From assembly GCA_030427805.1 (NCBI GenBank), contig JAUICP010000004.1, forward strand, positions 350,705-414,704: a stretch of DNA of 64,000 nucleotides. Direction: 5' to 3'. Below are positions 44,328 through 53,658 of this stretch, one piece after another. Made by a program: the position numbers and the translations under genes. Numbering within the stretch: the stretch's first letter is position 1; the number at the start of each line of letters is the position of its first letter. Source of the DNA: Bdellovibrionia bacterium (GTDB lineage: Bacteria; Bdellovibrionota; Bdellovibrionia; Bdellovibrionales; JAGQZY01). Below the pieces are notes generated by a model. That model made no database searches, was not told the origin of the DNA, and was given only the letters and a program-made list of their open reading frames with translations.

Positions 44328-46119
44328 TAAATACTAAAGTAAAATCATCCTCGTACTCACAGCCCTGTCGGTATTGATCGACATCCAGTTGCACTTGCTT
44401 CATTGCCTGATTGAGATCTGCTTGTTTTGCCAAAGCCCCGAGGACCGACCTGATAAATTTACGCTCTCCCCAGTCTTTATTCTCTGGATTCTTCAACTCT
44501 GTCAATCCATCTGAATATACAACTAGATGCTGATGAGGCTCTAGTACCATGTCTGTTTGTTCGTATTCCACATCAACTCTTTCACCGAGTCTTGGGTGAT
44601 TGTTTTCGGCAAGCGTCTTTAAACTTCGAGGCCGAGTCTTTTCGTCGAATTCACGAGGCACGATAAAAGGTCTATTGTGACTGGCAATCGAATAACTCAA
44701 CCCACCACCTTCTTTATCAATTTTTACAACAAACGCCGTCATATTGACTTTTCCACGGGCTGTATCGTGAAGGGCTTCATTCATAGTTTTCAATACTTCT
44801 TTGGGTTCTTTTAACCCTTGTCTTTGCACCACCGAAAAGGCCGAGCGAGCGGCTGCTGTTAAAAGTGCGGCCGGAGCTCCATGCCCAGTAGCATCTCCTA
44901 CAAAAATCAGAACACAATCATCGTATTCATGATGGTACCACCAATCACCTCCACACTCAGAGGCTGGTTGGCAGTAGCCTTCTACTGAAAGCTCCTTGCT
45001 CCAGTAACTAGGGTTCGGAAACAAGGTGTCTTGAACCGTTCGAGCCGTTTCAAGTTCAGACTCGAGGCGACCCTTCTTGAGGCTTTCTAACATTAATCGA
45101 GATATTTCCTGACTCATTTTATTAAAGCTCTTTGCTAGCAAGCCCATTTCGTCTTGAGTCTTAACCTTTAAATCAACTTCGAAGTCACCTTCAGAAATTT
45201 GGTCTGTCGCCTTTTTAAAACTATTGAGTGGCGCTGTAATTTGATTCGAGAAAAAGAGGCCAAAGGCGAATAAACCAGCTAAAAGAGCAAAAAAGAGATA
45301 TACAATTTTCTCTACGGCGATGTAGATGGGCAACATAGCGAGTCCATAAGGAGATGCTATTACAGACTGAATACCAAAGTGATTGAGTTGATTAAAGGAT
45401 GCTAGATACTCTCTACCATCATCAGCCGATAGGAGTTTAGATCCATTAAAACTTTCAACACTTGCAAGTGATTTAAGAAACTCTGGTGACTGGGCATATT
45501 GATTGTTATTTGAAAGCAAGAGCTTTCCTCGATGATTGAGCAGTAGTGATATGTCACCACGATCATTACTAATTAACTTAAGGAGCTTTCTCATATCTAG
45601 GCTAACGAGAGCAATGTAGGATTCCGTTCCTTGGAATTTGTAAATTCCACGGGCAAATCCATGGTCATCGATCGGAAACAGACTCGCCGAGCGATCCCCG
45701 GTTTCTAGAAAGGCTTCAGCTCGGTCCCCCGAATTCCAATGTTCCAATCGATCCTGTTGAGGCTTACTCAGTTCCGCAATAAATTCAATTTCCCCACCCG
45801 GTGTTTTCTTATAAACCCCCATGTAGACAACATCTGATTGCCACTGCCACCGTGAAATCGCCTCGGCATTAAAACTCTGAGTCCTTGTATCGAGTTGTCC
45901 TAAGATAATTGATAAATCTCGATAGCTTTGTTTGATGTAGGTATTAAAGGTTTCAGATAAGCTTCGCGAATTTTGCAGCCCACTGTCGTAGAGGTAAGCC
46001 AATTTGTCTTTTTTAAAAAAGCCCAGCATTAGAACTAAGAAAGTCCCCAATCCCAAGATGAGAATGGCTGAAATCATCATTAGTATTTTTGTTCTCAGAG
46101 GCCATTTCAAAGAAGTCAT
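44311..46119 (-). CDS. membrane sensor phosphatase: periplasmic sensor + HAMP + PP2C/SpoIIE (RsbU-like)
   Basis: Two TM segments flank a domain of about 250 aa. The HAMP segment is TAPLNSFKKATDQISEGDFEVDLKVKTQDEMGLLAKSFNKM. SpoIIE motifs are GGDWWY, FVGDATGHGAPAAL and VVYSDGLTE. The start is ATG 46119 or GTG 46125. Confidence 0.8.
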   Translation of the reverse strand: MTSLKWPLRTKILMMISAILILGLGTFLVLMLGFFKKDKLAYLYDSGLQNSRSLSETFNTYIKQSYRDLSIILGQLDTRTQSFNAEAISRWQWQSDVVYMGVYKKTPGGEIEFIAELSKPQQDRLEHWNSGDRAEAFLETGDRSASLFPIDDHGFARGIYKFQGTESYIALVSLDMRKLLKLISNDRGDISLLLNHRGKLLLSNNNQYAQSPEFLKSLASVESFNGSKLLSADDGREYLASFNQLNHFGIQSVIASPYGLAMLPIYIAVEKIVYLFFALLAGLFAFGLFFSNQITAPLNSFKKATDQISEGDFEVDLKVKTQDEMGLLAKSFNKMSQEISRLMLESLKKGRLESELETARTVQDTLFPNPSYWSKELSVEGYCQPASECGGDWWYHHEYDDCVLIFVGDATGHGAPAALLTAAARSAFSVVQRQGLKEPKEVLKTMNEALHDTARGKVNMTAFVVKIDKEGGGLSYSIASHNRPFIVPREFDEKTRPRSLKTLAENNHPRLGERVDVEYEQTDMVLEPHQHLVVYSDGLTELKNPENKDWGERKFIRSVLGALAKQADLNQAMKQVQLDVDQYRQGCEYEDDFTLVFIKRTA

Positions 46120-46162
46120 GGCCACTTATCGGAATTCTTAACCGAAGGACTGAGCCTAAAGT

Positions 46163-46924
46163 CTATTTAAGTTGACTCGGTTTAAGGCCCCAACTTTTGA
46201 TAATCTCAAGTTCGTCCTCTTTTGAGACTGATTTTTTAAACTTTACGCCCGACCGACCCTTTACTACGGCCTCACACTCGGGCCAAGTAGCGTGTCGCCT
46301 CAAAACACCATTTACATAGCTTAAATAGGAGTAAGCCTTCTTTGAGCTGGATTTCTTTTTTTTGTTGGGATTACTTCGTAAACTCAAGTCACTGGGTAAA
46401 TCGAAAATATCTACTGAGTAATCAACAAAGGGACCCGAAAATAAGAAAGGACGACTACCTTTTGAGAAATCAACTGCGATTGCATCACATCGCTCATTAC
46501 CAGGAATTCCTGAGTGGCCCGGAAGGTATTTGAACTCGACCGAGTAGGTCTTAGAAATATTTTGATAGGCTCGATCTAAGCTCTCCCACAAATCGCGGTT
46601 TTGCACGTCACCGCCTTGTGAGGTTTGCCAGTTTTTTCTCTTCCAGCCGTGAATCCACTGGGTCATACCCTGTATGACATAGCTAGAATCCGTCAAGATC
46701 CAAAGGTTTTTCGCCCTTCCATCGAGCTTTTTGAGCCCCTCAAGGATGGCCTTCATTTCCATTCGGTTATTAGTTGTACTCGCTTCACTCCCGCCAAGTT
46801 CAAGAACATCACTATCACTCAAGTAGAGAACTGAACCGTAACCACCAGGTCCCGGGTTTCCCGAACAAGCACCATCGGTAAACAAGTAACTCGTGTCTTT
46901 CTGTGGAGGAGATTTTAAAGCCAT
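46163..46924 (-). CDS. rnhA: ribonuclease HI with a C-terminal hybrid-binding (RNase H1 N-terminal / Cauli_VI-type) domain
   Basis: The RNase H core is FTDGACSGNPGPGGYG, MEMKAILEGL, ILTDSSYVIQGMTQWIHGWKRKNW, NERCDAIA. A basic linker NPNKKKKSSSKK follows. The C-terminal segment YSYLSYVNGVLRRHATWPECEAVVKGRSGVKFKKSVSKEDE matches the W..C...V.G..GA.FKKF...EEA pattern. Confidence 0.85.
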   Translation of the reverse strand: MALKSPPQKDTSYLFTDGACSGNPGPGGYGSVLYLSDSDVLELGGSEASTTNNRMEMKAILEGLKKLDGRAKNLWILTDSSYVIQGMTQWIHGWKRKNWQTSQGGDVQNRDLWESLDRAYQNISKTYSVEFKYLPGHSGIPGNERCDAIAVDFSKGSRPFLFSGPFVDYSVDIFDLPSDLSLRSNPNKKKKSSSKKAYSYLSYVNGVLRRHATWPECEAVVKGRSGVKFKKSVSKEDELEIIKSWGLKPSQLK

Positions 46925-47067
46925 AAATAAGGCCTATCTCACGAATGATCATTTTTCAATAATTATGTTTCCTTTAACTCATCTATTTGAAACAGATTCC
47001 GGCTTTTCTTTAACTCTCTATATTAAACAACCGATTGACACTATAACTGCAAATAATGGGGGGCAGA

Positions 47068-47406
47068 ATGGTAAAACACAGAAATATTGCATTAGTATAC
47101 GTTTTTTCGATTTTTAGCTTTGGTCTTTACGCCATTTATTGGACGGTAAAAACTAAAAGAGAAATGAATCATTTGGGCGCGAAAATTCCCACGAGCTGGT
47201 TACTTTTAGTTCCATTTGTAAACATCTATTGGGCTTACAAATACTGCGAAGGCTTCGCTCACGTAAAAAAGGACAATAACGCCATCATGTGGTTTGTAGT
47301 TTACATGTTCGTTGGATTTGTCATGCCTGCACTTGTTCAGTCCGAACTCAACAAACATGCAACCGAAGGCGATTCAGCAAAGCAAGCCGCTCCTTCTGCA
47401 GCTTAA
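47068..47406 (+). CDS. small DUF4234-like membrane protein
   Basis: The segment IALVYVFSIFSFGLYAIYWTVKTKREMN has the characteristic GLY.IYW pattern. The ATG at 47068 follows a G-rich Shine-Dalgarno site; ATG 47056 is the alternative. Confidence 0.65.
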   Translation: MVKHRNIALVYVFSIFSFGLYAIYWTVKTKREMNHLGAKIPTSWLLLVPFVNIYWAYKYCEGFAHVKKDNNAIMWFVVYMFVGFVMPALVQSELNKHATEGDSAKQAAPSAA

Positions 47407-47434
47407 TAACTCATCGTGTTCTCGCATCTTTGAT

Positions 47435-48214
47435 CTAAGGTTTTTTTTCAAGCAATTTTTCTATTGCGATTTGAGCCAAACCGAATCCGAAGCTGCCAGT
47501 TAAAAAACTGGCGGCTCCCAATCCAGAAGCACAATCAAGACGACTCGACTGCTCACCAGTGGGTGTAGCACACATTTCGCCGTCTTCACCCGGATACATA
47601 GGAAGCTCTTCAGAGTAAACACAAGTCACATCAAATATTTGATCTCCCCTCGGGAAGCCATATTTTTGCCGCAGAGTTTTGCGCAGAGTAGACAGCAAAC
47701 GATCGTCACGAGTCTTTGCGAGATCTCCCCTTTTGATGGCAAAAAGGTCTCTCTTTCCTCCACTCGCTCCCGAAACAATGATTGGAATTCTTCGTTCTTT
47801 GGCAGTAGCTACTAAATGGGCTTTGATATCTGCACGGTCGATGGCATCGACAATAAGGTCCGGATTGGCACTAAGAATCTCATCTGATGTTTTCGCACTA
47901 TAAAACTCAGGGATAATTTCGACTTCAATCCCAGGCGAAATAGATTTCATTCGACTTGCGAGAGCTTCTGCCTTTAAGTGACCAATGCTTTCGCTAAGAG
48001 TATGTAATTGACGGTTACTATTGGACATACAAATGTCATCGAGGTCCACTAGAATAAGGGAGCCAACTCCAGACCGGGTTAGTGATTCCACAACCCAAGA
48101 GCCGACTCCACCAAGCCCAAGCACCATGACCCTCTTATCGATGAGCTTTTGCAGGGCTCCTTTACCGTAGAGACGATCGATACCCGAAAATCGAAAAATA
48201 TGATTCTTATCCAT
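47435..48214 (-). CDS. tcdA: tRNA threonylcarbamoyladenosine dehydratase (ThiF/MoeB-fold, TcdA/CsdL-like)
   Basis: The segment RFSGIDRLYGKGALQKLIDKRVMVLGLGGVGSWVVESLTRSGVGSLILVDLDDICMSNSNRQLH is closely similar to the TcdA N-terminus as I recall it. Confidence 0.8.
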   Translation of the reverse strand: MDKNHIFRFSGIDRLYGKGALQKLIDKRVMVLGLGGVGSWVVESLTRSGVGSLILVDLDDICMSNSNRQLHTLSESIGHLKAEALASRMKSISPGIEVEIIPEFYSAKTSDEILSANPDLIVDAIDRADIKAHLVATAKERRIPIIVSGASGGKRDLFAIKRGDLAKTRDDRLLSTLRKTLRQKYGFPRGDQIFDVTCVYSEELPMYPGEDGEMCATPTGEQSSRLDCASGLGAASFLTGSFGFGLAQIAIEKLLEKKP

Positions 48215-48239
48215 AAAAAACCATTATCACATATCGAAC

Positions 48240-48989
48240 TTACAGGAGTAGTCTCTCTAGATTTTTGTTTGAATTTTGTAAAACTTCCTCTGAAGAAATC
48301 CCTTTAATCTCGGCTATTTTCCCGGAAACTTGATCCAACATCCCCGATAAATAGGGGCTCCCCGGCTCGGTGGGTTGATCGCTCTCAATGACTATGTTCT
48401 CAACTTCGATGTCTTGGAGGCTTTTTACTAGATTTTTGTAGTTTGGCTTTAAGACTCCCGGCCCCACAGAAATAAAAAAGCCCATCTTAATATAGCCTTT
48501 AGCCAATTCGAGGCTTCCACTAAACCCGTGAATAATTCCTCGCCAGGGGCCAGCTAAATCCTTTAAGGCTTTCAGTGCTAGGTCGTGGTGGCCATTAATG
48601 TGACATACAAGGGGCCGATCTAGATTTTTTGCAAGTTCAAGGTGTTCACAAAAATAACTGTATTGCACGTCTTTAGAGGCTGGAACGGATTTATCAAATC
48701 CCGTCTCACCGATAAAACACCTATTTTGAGAAATTAGACTCTTTAGCTCAACCCACTCATGCTCAATTTGCTCGGCCGACTTTTCTTTAAAAATCCAGGG
48801 ATGTAAACCTCCAGAAATTTGAATCTGATCGGGGTATTGATTTTTTATTGTTAACTGAGCTTTAAAGTCTTCAAGGTCATAACCGCCTTGAATAAACAAA
48901 GTCTCCGAATTATCGAGAAGCTTATCTATTTGTTCGCTTTGTAGAAACGAAAGATGGCTATGGGCATCGATTTTATTTGGCCACAACAT
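48240..48989 (-). CDS. TatD-family metal-dependent hydrolase
   Basis: The motif series is IDAHSHL, GETGFD, VCHINGH, IIHGFSG, IESDQP. Confidence 0.8.
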   Translation of the reverse strand: MLWPNKIDAHSHLSFLQSEQIDKLLDNSETLFIQGGYDLEDFKAQLTIKNQYPDQIQISGGLHPWIFKEKSAEQIEHEWVELKSLISQNRCFIGETGFDKSVPASKDVQYSYFCEHLELAKNLDRPLVCHINGHHDLALKALKDLAGPWRGIIHGFSGSLELAKGYIKMGFFISVGPGVLKPNYKNLVKSLQDIEVENIVIESDQPTEPGSPYLSGMLDQVSGKIAEIKGISSEEVLQNSNKNLERLLL

Positions 48990-49365
48990 CGATCAGATAT
49001 TCCATAAACTCCGGTAATTGGATCGGTTTAAAAAACACTTTCGTCGCACCAATCTCGTATAACTCTTTGGCCGTCAGGTTTATACTTCCAGTCATTACGA
49101 TAACTGGAATTCCCACATTTCTCTCGTTTTCCTTGAGGACTTCGAGAAACTCCAGCCCACTAATGCCCGGCATTCGAATATCCGTGATCACCGCATCGAA
49201 AGTGGTTTTTCCGATTAACTCGATTCCCTCTTTAGCATAGGAACAGGGGTAAACCGTGGCACCATAATCCTCGAGTTCATCGAGGAATAAATTGCGAATC
49301 ATCTCTTCATCTTCGATAAGGAGTATGGACTTTCCCTTTAAAGAACCCAGCACATTCTTTTTCAA
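48973..49365 (-). CDS. stand-alone response-regulator receiver protein (CheY-like)
   Basis: The receiver motifs are ILLIEDEE...FDAVITDIRMPGISGLEF...PVIVMTG...KPI. The gene overlaps tatD by 17 nt. Confidence 0.85.
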   Translation of the reverse strand: MKKNVLGSLKGKSILLIEDEEMIRNLFLDELEDYGATVYPCSYAKEGIELIGKTTFDAVITDIRMPGISGLEFLEVLKENERNVGIPVIVMTGSINLTAKELYEIGATKVFFKPIQLPEFMEYLIDVVAK

Positions 49366-49512
49366 ATCTTACTCACCCTTAATAATTTATTAACATAATA
49401 AGTACATAATACCTTAATTGGCAAAGCCCAATTATTTTCTGGAACGGATGATATTGCATCCTCCCAAAACGAGTCCCTTAACAATTATTAAGAAATGAAG
49501 ATTATTTGTTCT

Positions 49513-50178
49513 TTAAAATTCAAAGCGAAAAGACATAGCGCCACCACCCACTTCAGGAACAAAACCGAGTCGGTAGGTGCTCTCAGGTTTGTACTGGGAA
49601 ACGTCTTCTTTTTTCGACTGGGCAACTGCGTCTTTATTGTTAGCGTAGTAGATCCAGACGTCAAAAATCTCTGCGAGTTTAGAACCGAGATATAATACCG
49701 CTCCGGCGGTAACAAGCCCTTCTTTTGAGTCCTCACAACCACCATCACCTATTCGGCAACTCCCAGAACCAGCAGTAATTAGGACGTAGCCTATTCCTTG
49801 TGAGATTGTGTAGGCATAACCATAACCATCATAAAATCGTTTTTGAATGGCGTGTCCCACACCGTAGCCGAGAAAACTTCCAGCGATCGCTCCTATCAAA
49901 AGATCTCTGTTGGTCACTAAATCACGAGGCTGCAATTCTAACTGATTGGGATCAACTTCAGGCACATCAGAAGAGGCTTCCTTTTCGACCTCAGGGTCAT
50001 CCAAGTCAGATTCTTCAAACCCTTCAGAGACAGGAACAGGCATGGTCTCCTTTTTAACTTTGATTGCCCCAGAGGCAGGTGAAGGAAGAGGATTTTTACC
50101 CTCGGTGGGTTCTGTTTGCGCAAATAGGCTTCCGCAAAATGCCAAAAGAGTAAATAGAGTCACAAAAAATGATTTCAT
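49513..50178 (-). CDS. exported hypothetical protein (Gly-rich, possibly outer-membrane associated)
   Basis: The signal peptide is MKSFFVTLFTLLAFCGSLFAQ. A glycine-zipper-like segment is present (GAIAGSFLGYGVGHA). The terminus is ...GGGAMSFRFEF. Confidence 0.6.
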   Translation of the reverse strand: MKSFFVTLFTLLAFCGSLFAQTEPTEGKNPLPSPASGAIKVKKETMPVPVSEGFEESDLDDPEVEKEASSDVPEVDPNQLELQPRDLVTNRDLLIGAIAGSFLGYGVGHAIQKRFYDGYGYAYTISQGIGYVLITAGSGSCRIGDGGCEDSKEGLVTAGAVLYLGSKLAEIFDVWIYYANNKDAVAQSKKEDVSQYKPESTYRLGFVPEVGGGAMSFRFEF

Positions 50179-50192
50179 AGCTGTCCCCGTTT

Positions 50193-50732
50193 TTAGAATT
50201 CCATTTTTGCAAGATCCGCCGTAGTTGCAATGACTTTCAGTTCAACACATATCGGCGTAGGCAAAGATGAGACCTCGATGGTCGTTCTCGTCGCCCCGAC
50301 ACTCTCGAAATACTCTTTGTAGACACCATTGAAAGCTTTAAAATCGCGCTTCATATTGGTGAGAAAGACCTGAACATCAAGAACTTGTTCAAGGCTTGAC
50401 CCAGAGTCTTCAAGTATTGCTTTAATGTTTTCAACGACCGAGTGAGTTTGAGCGACCACATCTTCAGCGACCAATTCCCCCTGCTCATCAAATTCGACCC
50501 CAGGGATCTCTTTGCTTCCAGCTTTGCGAGGTCCCACTCCCGAAAGAAATAGTAAATCTCCAAACTTTCTTGCGTGGGGATAGGGACCAACTGGCGGTGG
50601 AGCCTTTGAACTAGCGACATGCCCCTTTTTATCTCCCGTTTTTACCTGGAAGGTCTCGAAGTCTTTAGAGGTCACTGATCCTCGTGGCTTATCATTACTC
50701 ACTGGGGACCCCTTTGACTCATGTCTGACCAA
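50193..50732 (-). CDS. RidA/YjgF-family deaminase-like protein (AmnD-like position)
   Basis: The RidA core is PPVGPYPHARKFGDLLFLSGV...VVAQTHSVVENIKAILEDSG...VQVFL...RTTIEVSSLP. The 5' end overlaps the upstream gene by 34 nt. An alternative GTG at 50675 follows GAGGA. Confidence 0.75.
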   Translation of the reverse strand: MVRHESKGSPVSNDKPRGSVTSKDFETFQVKTGDKKGHVASSKAPPPVGPYPHARKFGDLLFLSGVGPRKAGSKEIPGVEFDEQGELVAEDVVAQTHSVVENIKAILEDSGSSLEQVLDVQVFLTNMKRDFKAFNGVYKEYFESVGATRTTIEVSSLPTPICVELKVIATTADLAKMEF

Positions 50733-51811
50733 AATTCATGTTCTGAAGGCTCCCAATACCATCGATCATTATCGGGATCCCAATCATCCCAAGTAGGTAT
50801 CGCCTCAAGCCTTGAATGAAAAGACTCTGGCACAATTCCAGGAACCAAAAAGGCCTTTTGCCGCTTAAGAGGATAGGGGTTGCGTAGCTCAATACCGAGA
50901 CAGCCCAATATTCCTCGAGCCACATACCAAGTGGCTTGAGGGTTCCAACCATGGGCAATTTTAACGACTACGCCGAGACCCTTCGGAAACTCAGGGTGTT
51001 CAATAGCCATCCCTAAAAGTCCATCGGCCCCTTCTTTGGCAATCACTTTTCCATTTGAGGACTTGATAATCGTAGTATCGAGACGATTGAAACCACCCAC
51101 TAAATCGGGTTCTCTCACCATGCTCTCCCAGATCCAGTCTTCGTTCTTGGATTGAACAAGGCCAGCATAAACTTTAGCGAGTTCGTTAACCGTCATAGCG
51201 AGAGTTGGGAACCCATCGCCATCGCGAGCAATTCTCTTTGGTTCCCAAGACTCACCTAAGTACCGACGAACAATTTTTAAGTATTCGGTAAACACAGGGT
51301 GAGAGGGAAGAGTATAACCGACTCGCGACCAGTTTTTAAGACGACAGCCCAAAAGAACCGCCGCGTGCTGGCCCGACGAATTATTATACCAGCGCCTGGC
51401 CCGACGCACTTGCCGGCCAAATTGTACTAAGGGAACATCCAAGGGCGTTTGCATCAGCCCCCACTCTTCTTCATTGAGTAAACTTTGGGCCGCAGCCACA
51501 TGTTCCGCTGTGCCGTTATGTGAAGCGATACTAATGGCCCTTTGCTTCCAGTCGGTAACGGGTTCTAAAACATCAGTGAATACTTTTAAAACAAATGGCT
51601 TCATCATTGAGCGACCGTAACAAAGAACATTCCCACCAAACGAGTGAAAGTGCTCATCGCCGTGGTACCAAGCCACCGCCCCGTGAATGGTATTTTCACT
51701 GACTCCATTTCTGCGGTAATCGACTAAGGGTTGCCACTCTACATCTCGGCCTGTGGGGATGCCGTCAATCTTTTCACCGAAGGGACTGCTGGGATAACAC
51801 TGGCTCTTCAT
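50699..51811 (-). CDS. asparaginase-II-family-like amidohydrolase (tentative)
   Basis: The blocks CYGRSMMKPFVL, SIASHNGTAEHV and NNSSGQHAAVLLGC parallel the RS..KP.Q / SH.GE..H / CSGKHAGML blocks of that family as I recall them. An ATGA overlap joins it to the upstream gene. Confidence 0.5.
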   Translation of the reverse strand: MKSQCYPSSPFGEKIDGIPTGRDVEWQPLVDYRRNGVSENTIHGAVAWYHGDEHFHSFGGNVLCYGRSMMKPFVLKVFTDVLEPVTDWKQRAISIASHNGTAEHVAAAQSLLNEEEWGLMQTPLDVPLVQFGRQVRRARRWYNNSSGQHAAVLLGCRLKNWSRVGYTLPSHPVFTEYLKIVRRYLGESWEPKRIARDGDGFPTLAMTVNELAKVYAGLVQSKNEDWIWESMVREPDLVGGFNRLDTTIIKSSNGKVIAKEGADGLLGMAIEHPEFPKGLGVVVKIAHGWNPQATWYVARGILGCLGIELRNPYPLKRQKAFLVPGIVPESFHSRLEAIPTWDDWDPDNDRWYWEPSEHEFWSDMSQRGPQ

Positions 51812-52761
51812 TCTTTACCCCCAGTGTCTTCACTCTCGTTATCAGTTCCCTCGCTTTTTAGGACGTTTCGGTCCCCTTGGAAATTTTCGGGATCGGCTTC
51901 ATCATATTCCAAATCACCAAAAGATCGATCCGAAGGAGTCAAACTCACCAGAGCTCCCCCCATACCGTAGAGCGGCTGATACTCAAAAATCTTTCCTTCA
52001 AGGTAATTCGTTTGTCCCATCATTGTCGACAGCCACCAAAAAGGTTTAAAGTTGGTGACTTTGTGGACTCTCGCCTCCTGTTGGATTTGCCTAGAAAGTT
52101 GCGACACATCCTCGAGTCGACCTTGCTCGAAAAACTCGAGCATTTTTAAATTCCATTCATGATCTTTAAGGGAGTGAATGCGATCTTCTTTAGGGTCAAT
52201 CATTTGATCATGATAGCGATTACTCAAAGCCGTCGATGCAATCGCTACTGCTTTTTTACCCGATTTTTTTAGAGCATCGATAATCGATTTCGCTAAGACC
52301 ACAGTTTCAGTTCGATCCGCATACATATTACTCGAAAGAATAATTGCTGGAATTTTGTTGTCGGGATTGAGAAGTTTCAAGGCGACAATCGAACCGGTAT
52401 CAATCGGAAAACCGTGGTAATCTACAGTTCGCGTATGAAGGCCTCTGTCGTGGCACGCATCGTTCACTTGGTGCGCCAGTTCACTATCGATATTAAAACT
52501 GTATTCAATTTCACCGTACTCATGCCATTCGTCATCCACATGGGTCCACACGGGGTTTTTTCGCGCTTGGATTTGATGGCCGATGACACTCAACCACTTC
52601 GTTGAATAAATAATTAGAACATCGGGGTTCGCTTCTTTGATTTCTTTTGCCATCTCCTCGTAGGCTCGACGCAATTTCATCCAACCTTCATTTTGCTCCG
52701 GGACCATTAAGGGTTGAGGCTGTCCGGGAACGACACAGGCTTTTATTACTTCTGGACTCAT
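51808..52761 (-). CDS. LigB-superfamily extradiol dioxygenase, non-catalytic (AmnA-like) subunit
   Basis: It is a paralog of the next gene (CVVPGQPQPL in place of the His-rich CLAPHPPHL; IIYSTKW in place of IVHSPHW). It has an acidic C-terminal tail. An ATGA overlap joins it to the neighbouring gene. Confidence 0.65.
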   Translation of the reverse strand: MSPEVIKACVVPGQPQPLMVPEQNEGWMKLRRAYEEMAKEIKEANPDVLIIYSTKWLSVIGHQIQARKNPVWTHVDDEWHEYGEIEYSFNIDSELAHQVNDACHDRGLHTRTVDYHGFPIDTGSIVALKLLNPDNKIPAIILSSNMYADRTETVVLAKSIIDALKKSGKKAVAIASTALSNRYHDQMIDPKEDRIHSLKDHEWNLKMLEFFEQGRLEDVSQLSRQIQQEARVHKVTNFKPFWWLSTMMGQTNYLEGKIFEYQPLYGMGGALVSLTPSDRSFGDLEYDEADPENFQGDRNVLKSEGTDNESEDTGGKE

Positions 52762-53654
52762 GCGGGACCTCCAACTTCAGGTTTCCAACTGGCTACGGTG
52801 TTACCTGTTCCAATCACTGTTCCATAGGCGTGAATTTTTGCTGGATATTTTGGGTACTGCAGGGCACTCATCAACCAAGTAAGACTTCCTCCGTCAGTTT
52901 CGGCTGTGGCCTGTTGGGTAAAGTCTGGCAGTAAATCAATCATCTCTCGAGTTTGTCCCTTTTTCATCATTTCGATCATTCGCATATCCCAAAGGTACTG
53001 CCCGTGGTGATAAATATGTTCCTTACTCATATCTTCTGGAATCGGTGGCTCTACAGTGAAGTGTCGATGTGATAGCGAGTTGCTCGCGAGTAACAACGCC
53101 CTTTTTCCACTTTTTTCGACGGCCACTCGAGTGGCATCGCCCAATTGAGTTTGCAATTCTTGCATGTACTCCACATTGAAATATTTGGCCGCCGCATTAC
53201 TCGATATAGAAACGATGGGCTTATCCCAATCGGGGTTGGCAAGGTGGCACGAAACGATGGTGCCATAGTCCACACGAAACTTAGGATTCTCCATGAGTTT
53301 CATTTCAAGCTTCTTACCGACTGCCTCTGAATAGATCGATTTTGCGAGATCCACATCGACTTTTAAATCGTAGTGAAAGCGAAAGAGATTAGGAAAGATC
53401 GGGTCCACCGAAATGGACTTTGCTTCTGGAATCGCCAGTATATGGGTTCCAATATAGGTGCGCCAGTGGGGTGAGTGAACAATGATAACATCGTACTCAT
53501 CCTTAGGGATGCGCTCTCTTAAGTCTTCATAACCCCATCTCAAGGTTTCCCAGCCACATTCCGATTTGGGTTCATTCTGTGGTGGATTCTCCCCGTACAC
53601 AAGATGGGGGGGATGAGGTGCTAGACAACCAGCAATTATTTGACCATTCCCCAT
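52758..53654 (-). CDS. LigB-superfamily extradiol ring-cleavage dioxygenase, catalytic (AmnB-like) subunit
   Basis: The segments IIAGCLAPHPPHLVYGENPPQNEP and IIVHSPHW supply the metal-binding His residues. The segments NSLSHRH and GTVIGTGN also match my recollection of 2-aminophenol 1,6-dioxygenase beta subunits. Confidence 0.7.
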   Translation of the reverse strand: MGNGQIIAGCLAPHPPHLVYGENPPQNEPKSECGWETLRWGYEDLRERIPKDEYDVIIVHSPHWRTYIGTHILAIPEAKSISVDPIFPNLFRFHYDLKVDVDLAKSIYSEAVGKKLEMKLMENPKFRVDYGTIVSCHLANPDWDKPIVSISSNAAAKYFNVEYMQELQTQLGDATRVAVEKSGKRALLLASNSLSHRHFTVEPPIPEDMSKEHIYHHGQYLWDMRMIEMMKKGQTREMIDLLPDFTQQATAETDGGSLTWLMSALQYPKYPAKIHAYGTVIGTGNTVASWKPEVGGPA

Positions 53655-53658
53655 ATCC

